64,000 bases of DNA from the NCBI GenBank assembly GCA_951406725.2, contig OX597826.1, positions 37,324,001 through 37,388,000 of the forward strand, written 5' to 3'. This document shows positions 57,660-64,000 of the stretch, piece by piece. The translations under genes and the position numbers were made by a program. Position 1 is the stretch's first letter, and each line of letters opens with the position of its first letter. Under the pieces are notes generated by a model that was not told where the DNA came from, searched no databases, and saw only the letters and a list, made by a program, of their open reading frames with translations. Origin of the DNA: Octopus vulgaris (Eukaryota).

Positions 57660-57827
57660 GCAACAACAACAACAACAGAAAATACATTTACGAACTCAAG
57701 ATCGAAATTTCCCCAAGATACCTGATGAAGGCTGGAGAGCATATCAGCCGAAACGTTGTGGACAAATATCCGTCAATTGTAAATGATGTAAATAATGTAC
57801 ATTATTCCTCATCTCTTAAATATAGAA
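57472..57827 (+). mobile_element. tRNA-headed, hammerhead-bearing short element with inverted 5' copy of its 3' end
   Basis: A-box TGGCGTAGTGG (57541), B-box GAGTTCAATTCC (57583), (AAT/AAC)n spacer and HHR core at 57722-57757; 57472-57525 is the reverse complement of ~57778-57827. Confidence 0.72.
57719..57760 (+). ncRNA. Minimal type I hammerhead ribozyme motif
   Basis: tac-CTGATGA-a-GGCTG-gagagcatat-CAGCC-GAAA-CG-TT-gtg; palindromic AACGTT; short 3-bp stem I. Confidence 0.6.
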
Positions 57828-57829
57828 CT

Positions 57830-58440
57830 GAGTCAGTTTAATTTTATTGAGGGACTCATGCGTCGAAAAGCTTTTTCAGATAACGTTGTTGAAGCCCTGG
57901 TACCAACACAAGATGACTGGATAATCTTTAATCGCAAAATTTATTTCGCCATCATCGATGAAGCCTAGGAAAGCTAGATAATAGATTTCCAGGGCAAAAC
58001 GACAGCATATATTCTTCCTTGGCAAGTCTACTACCAATCTGTGAGAGATTTTTGGATTTTAATGCTTTAAAACCATTGAGCAATTTAGTTAATTGTAATA
58101 AATCGACCTTGCTGTCTGAAATTACTGAGGTTAAATCATACATTTCCAAACAAAATATGATGACACTGCTGGATACTTTTGGATCTTTACGTATCGTACA
58201 AGATGCCTTTCGAAATGTTTATCTATTGATGGTGCAGCATTAACGTTTGAGTCTAGCAGAGTCACATGCGAGTCATCGTTAACTCGAATTATGACTCCCT
58301 TTCGACGAAATACGAAGCACCCGCGAAAATCAGACCTCGCGATACTTGCTTCTCTCAGTAAACACAAATCAATTATAGACAAAGACGATTTTCTTAATTT
58401 TTGCTTTTTGCATTACGTTGCCGTAGATTTCAGTTGTATT
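57830..58440 (+). mobile_element. Decayed hAT transposase C-terminus (dimerisation-domain-like)
   Basis: IYFAIID..LDNRFP, AFRNVYLL, ALTFESSRVTCESS.LTRIMTPFRRN and RKSDLAILA, reading across frameshifts. Confidence 0.65.
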
Positions 58441-59313
58441 AAATAAATGTAATCTGATTTTATTATTTTGTGTTGTGAATTTTCTTGAAAAGCGTAATTA
58501 AATTTTATAAACAGTATGGTTTTTAAAGCTCTGTTCAGCATCCGCAGCTATCAAGATAGCCCCACCCCCAGTTACAGTCGGTTGGTTATGTGTTAGGAAA
58601 CATCTATATTGGTGTACGTGTGATTAATAGACAAGCATGAACACGGAATGGATTATGTTTATATATGAGTTGTGTATTTGTGAGTGTGTGCCTGTTACTT
58701 GGTGACATATATTTGCTATGTGAGCAAGTAAGTTATCATCTGAGAGCTGTTCCCTTCTGTTTCAGGATATATGCATATACGTGTTTTGGAGGTCGTATCA
58801 CTTCATAGGTTATCACGAGTATGAATGGCTGTAATGACATACATGTGTGACCTGGCAAGGTTGCTGCATATATAAGCATAATCAGTATTGACAATCAAGT
58901 GCATAGAATAGCCTTATTGATAAAGCTGCCATAAATAAGTGCAACACTGATCTGGATAACTTAATTTGCATATGCGCACTTTAGACGGTCGGCATCAATT
59001 AAACAATTTATACTTCGTACACGAAATGGCGTGGAACTGATATACATTAATATAAATATATATATATTTTTATTTATTTATTTATTTATATTAGCAAATT
59101 AAGCTATCCAGAACAGTGTTACACTTATTTGTTGCAGCTTTATCATTATCGCTCAATATTCAGTGCCATTGCTTGGGTAAGGAATCATTGTTAGTCTTTC
59201 ATGAAGAATGAGCGACAAATTACGGAACTTCCACCAAGAAAATCCGCACTTTTGCAGAACATGGAACACTATAAAAGGGTGTACCTATATTCGTTCCTTA
59301 TCCCGAACCGTCT

Positions 59314-59910
<597 letters not shown>

Positions 59911-62900
59911 TGATATAAACATATAGATATTCTGACTTTATACTACCAGCAGATATTGCCAATGATATTGTAGCATAAAACTATCAAACTTCCTCTGTCA
60001 CAATAGCAATGAAACCGAATCCTCCATACATTTTCTCTTCTGTATTTCATGTCATATTTCTGAGTCCCTTCCATATTAGAAATGTTGATCTATAGTTGAA
60101 ATTATGTTCAGCAAGTGTTTGTGTGAGCGTCAGTTCAGAAGTGAAGGCGTCGCATTATGAAATGAGAAACTATTCTAATATTTCCTCTAGAATGAGACTA
60201 AATGAAATATGTTAATACTTAGTTCACCTTTCGTTAGTTGTTGTGGTAGATATTGACGTGTGACAAGTTGCCCTACACTAGATACCGGGGATGCAATATA
60301 TTTCACAAGAGAATTATGTTGCAGTTCTCAAATTCAAAACTATTTACTCAACTTCCGAAATATAGATAATCTGGTTCTTGATGGTGAATTGATGGTAGAA
60401 ATATGGTAAAATGTCCAGTGCCTTAAGAACGACAGATACTGTAAAATATGCGCAGGTTTTCATAATTTATTGCTGTTAGCACAGAAGGTCAAAATAGTGG
60501 ACTTCAGAGAATGTCAGGATTATGGCATCAATATATGTCTGAGGTTATAAGGTTTATATGAGATTAGGGCACAGAATCAATATTCAGATAAAGGTAGAAT
60601 TTTAGGATTACATTATTGATAACATTTCTGAACATCTTCCAACCCTAACAACACGTGATAAGTGTCATGACATCAATAAAAGGGGAATGACACAACATGA
60701 ATAAAGAGCGAAATATATACTGAGGATCAGATATTAAGGAATAGATGTTCACGTACCCGTGAAGAAGAATAGAGATACGCATGATTATCTATCTACCGAT
60801 GGAAGATGTTCATGGGGAGCCACCCAGATACTAATTGAGTCAGTCAGACATGAATAGAAGGTCAGCCACTAATGAAAAGTGGTACAGGCCCATGAATAAA
60901 GGAGCAAATATTCATGACTTAAGAATCAGATTATCATAAATTAATGGTCAAATACTTATGAAGAGGGAAGAATCAATTACCTATGAATAAAAGAGCAGTT
61001 GTTTAGGAGTATTGTTTGGTAATATTCAGTGAGGTGTAACAATGGTTGTTTACCATAATGGATAGTGAAATAATATATTAAAGTCATATATTCGGAAATT
61101 TTGGGATTAGTTCTATAGTTTGGGTTTTGTTCTCAGTTTTTGTACAACAGTTTATTTCCAAAGAAATGGCCCGGATTCATGAGAAGATTACGGGATCCTC
61201 ATAAATAGAAAGTCATGTATAAAGACATGTGGTCGTAAACAGAGCAGTAGTAGTTAGTTTTGCGTAAAGAAAGAAATGCACATGGATAGAGAAGATATAT
61301 ATCCATAAATACAGGGTTGGATACTTTTGAAGAAAAGATCAAATACTCATGAACACGAAACGAGTGAGTTTGAGAGATGTATGAACAAAAGAAAAACGTC
61401 GAATAATCATAATATTAAGTTATGATCATAGTGCTAAGACTTTACTAATATTGCAGTAGGCATTTAAGGGATGATTTCAACAATACGCAATGATACGAGT
61501 GAATGTAGTATTTCACATGTAGGGAAGTATACACTAAAGACGATTTCAAATGTGAATGGTCTCCCGCGAAAACGAAACATGACTAACTGCATGCAATAAA
61601 TCATAAAAACCTTCACGTCACTGACCGTGACGCTTTGAAGTAATATTCTGTAACTGTTATTGTTACATGGATTTGAAAGAAAAACTGAAGTGATACTGTG
61701 TCAACGCACAATTGATAGCGTTTCTCATTGACCAACACATATACATAACCAGTACACATGCGCACTCAGTTTGTAGCAAGTTTATTGTTTTAATGCTTAG
61801 AAAACCTTTGCGAAAAGTGCCATAACAGGCGATAAAGAGATGGCGTACAGCTATGATGTTGATACAAATAAAGGAGTTGTCTTAATCAGTTAGATCATAG
61901 TTGCATCGATAGAAACCATCACACAACAGTCACACAAATATGAAGGTGATCGCTGTTTCTAATTGGAAGGACAACTTTTAACTCGAGTTTGTTTCATGTG
62001 CCAGATAACCAATGGATACGTTTTTGAGCGTTTTTTGTGTCAATATCCTTGTGTACGAAACGTCAATGGAAAGCAGGACCTCTGGGTTACGGGCAAAGAG
62101 AACGTGCGAAACCCTATGCGTGGCGCATTTCAGAAAACAGGCAATTTTTTAGACTTCTACTCTCTAGATTTGCTCTCATCGGACTTCACTATTTCCAAAG
62201 CTGAAAACTGCTTTTAAAGGTCCCTAATATTAAACGATGGAAGCAATCAAAGAATACACACGACTCCTTTTACGTATTGCAAATCCGGTATAAATTTTAG
62301 GTTGTACATTGAAAGAAATTACTCTTAAGTTGGAAATATGCAATATATGCGTTTCCCAAAATGTTCAGTTTTTCTTTTTAGACAGATCTGATATTTCCGA
62401 AAACAATTTCAAACAGAGCGAGGCTCTGGTTCCCCCTGTCTTTTCAGAACACTGTTGAACAGACTAAAATATTGAGACCACATTTTAAAGATATTTTACT
62501 GATAACATCATGATAATCAGTCATCACTTGCACAGTGCTCCCTCTCATTACAACAACTGCATATATACAAATTTATTACACTATTAAGAACAATTTTTTT
62601 ACTTGAGGCATTGTTGAATATCAGTGATGATATAGAAACACTGAACTACCCAACTCTCTATTGAACAACTCATTGCCTTAGGAAAGTCTGATAACATTTT
62701 GCTAAAGGAATCGTAAGACAACTCATGATTTATTTGTCCTTAACAAATCCTGCATATTAAAGCAATGGTTCGAGAAATTTACTAATAAACTACGTAATTA
62801 GAGGCTCAACAACAGAGCTTGGTGCTTCTTTGCAGACATTTTACACATGGTCGTTTATCATTTTAACCATATATAATACGTTAAATGAAAAATTTTCATT

Positions 62901-63564
62901 TAATAAACACGAATTATACTACAACTCTAACCAATATAATAAGATGGAAATAATTAATAACCAAGGGAAAATAATAATTATCTAAAACAATAAATGAGAT
63001 TTATTAGTCAGGATGCTGTATGCTACAACTGAGAATTCTCATAGTGAAACACAGTTTTCAACTTCGTTTAGTTTTCTGTTGCAGTGGAATAGCATTTCCG
63101 AACAACTATAAAACATAGCAAGACTGAAATTTTTTTTTATAAAAAAATAATCTTGAATTATTCAGTAATGAGCTCAGATGGAAATTTTCATAGTCACGTC
63201 TCACAATTAATGTCCCCTCAACCACACTGGAGCATATTTTGTTAAAAATGGTCGAATGAAATAAAAGAAAGAGGGGAAAAAAATTACAACATGACAGGGT
63301 TGGCAATATTGCTTCTTAATTATCATTTCAACTTCCATCAAATTATAATTTAAAGACAAGAATTTATAAAAAAAAATCACAGACAATATAAATAAACATA
63401 TAAAATAAGAAAACAAAGACTAACGAAACACAAAACAAAGAAAAGGTGCAATGTCAATTCATTTCTATTGATGTTGCAACTAAAACATTTGTAATGAAGA
63501 ATTCATAGTTTTGGTGATGGGTATCTTCTCTCACACAAATGGATCCTGATGGAAGACAATTGGA

Positions 63565-63845
63565 AATAATAACGAAATGAATAATAAAAATAATGATAAT
63601 AATAATAATAATAATAATAATGATAATAATAATAATAAAAATCATAATGATAATAATAATAATAATAATAACAACAACAACAACAGCAACAGCACTGAGA
63701 GTACTTGATATTATAATTCATGATAACAAAAATGCTACCTCTACCATTAATAATCCTAATAATAATAATACTAATGATACACAAAGTAGTTAATATTAAT
63801 ATTATTATTATTAATGAGAAGAACAAAAACAATACTACATTTACC

Positions 63846-63888
<43 letters not shown>

Positions 63889-63920
63889 GTAACAACAACA
63901 ACAATAATAATAATAATGAT
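63565..63920. repeat. Degenerate (AAT)n/(AAC)n low-complexity tract
   Basis: Directly visible. Confidence 0.9.
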
Positions 63921-64000
63921 AAAAATACTTGTAAAAAAGGGAATCAAATGAAGATATATTAGCAAAAATATGCAATAGAAATCATTTTTCACTAATATTA

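Overview
This is AT-rich, microsatellite-dense eukaryotic non-coding DNA. Its SINE families and repeat landscape suggest an octopus or other coleoid cephalopod (inference). No host protein-coding gene can be firmly supported, and most listed ORFs are microsatellite artefacts or transposon fragments. Recognisable elements are at least four tRNA-derived SINE-like families, a decayed RTE LINE, Dong/R4 LINE pieces (one young copy inside a (TAA)n tract), a HERO-type LINE 3' end, maT/Tc1-mariner and hAT relics, and a 3 x ~1.1 kb tandem duplication. The most notable signal is about ten minimal type I hammerhead-ribozyme (HHR) motifs, ranging from near-intact to decayed. They sit in several unrelated short non-coding elements, mostly in or beside (TA)n tracts, and the best-preserved ones show Penelope-like architecture (fold-back inverted end, with or without a direct-repeat tail). 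One element joins a tRNA-like Pol III head, an (AAT)n spacer and an HHR, so it is a candidate Penelope-mobilised 'ribozyme SINE'. All calls were made by eye; no searches or folding were run.
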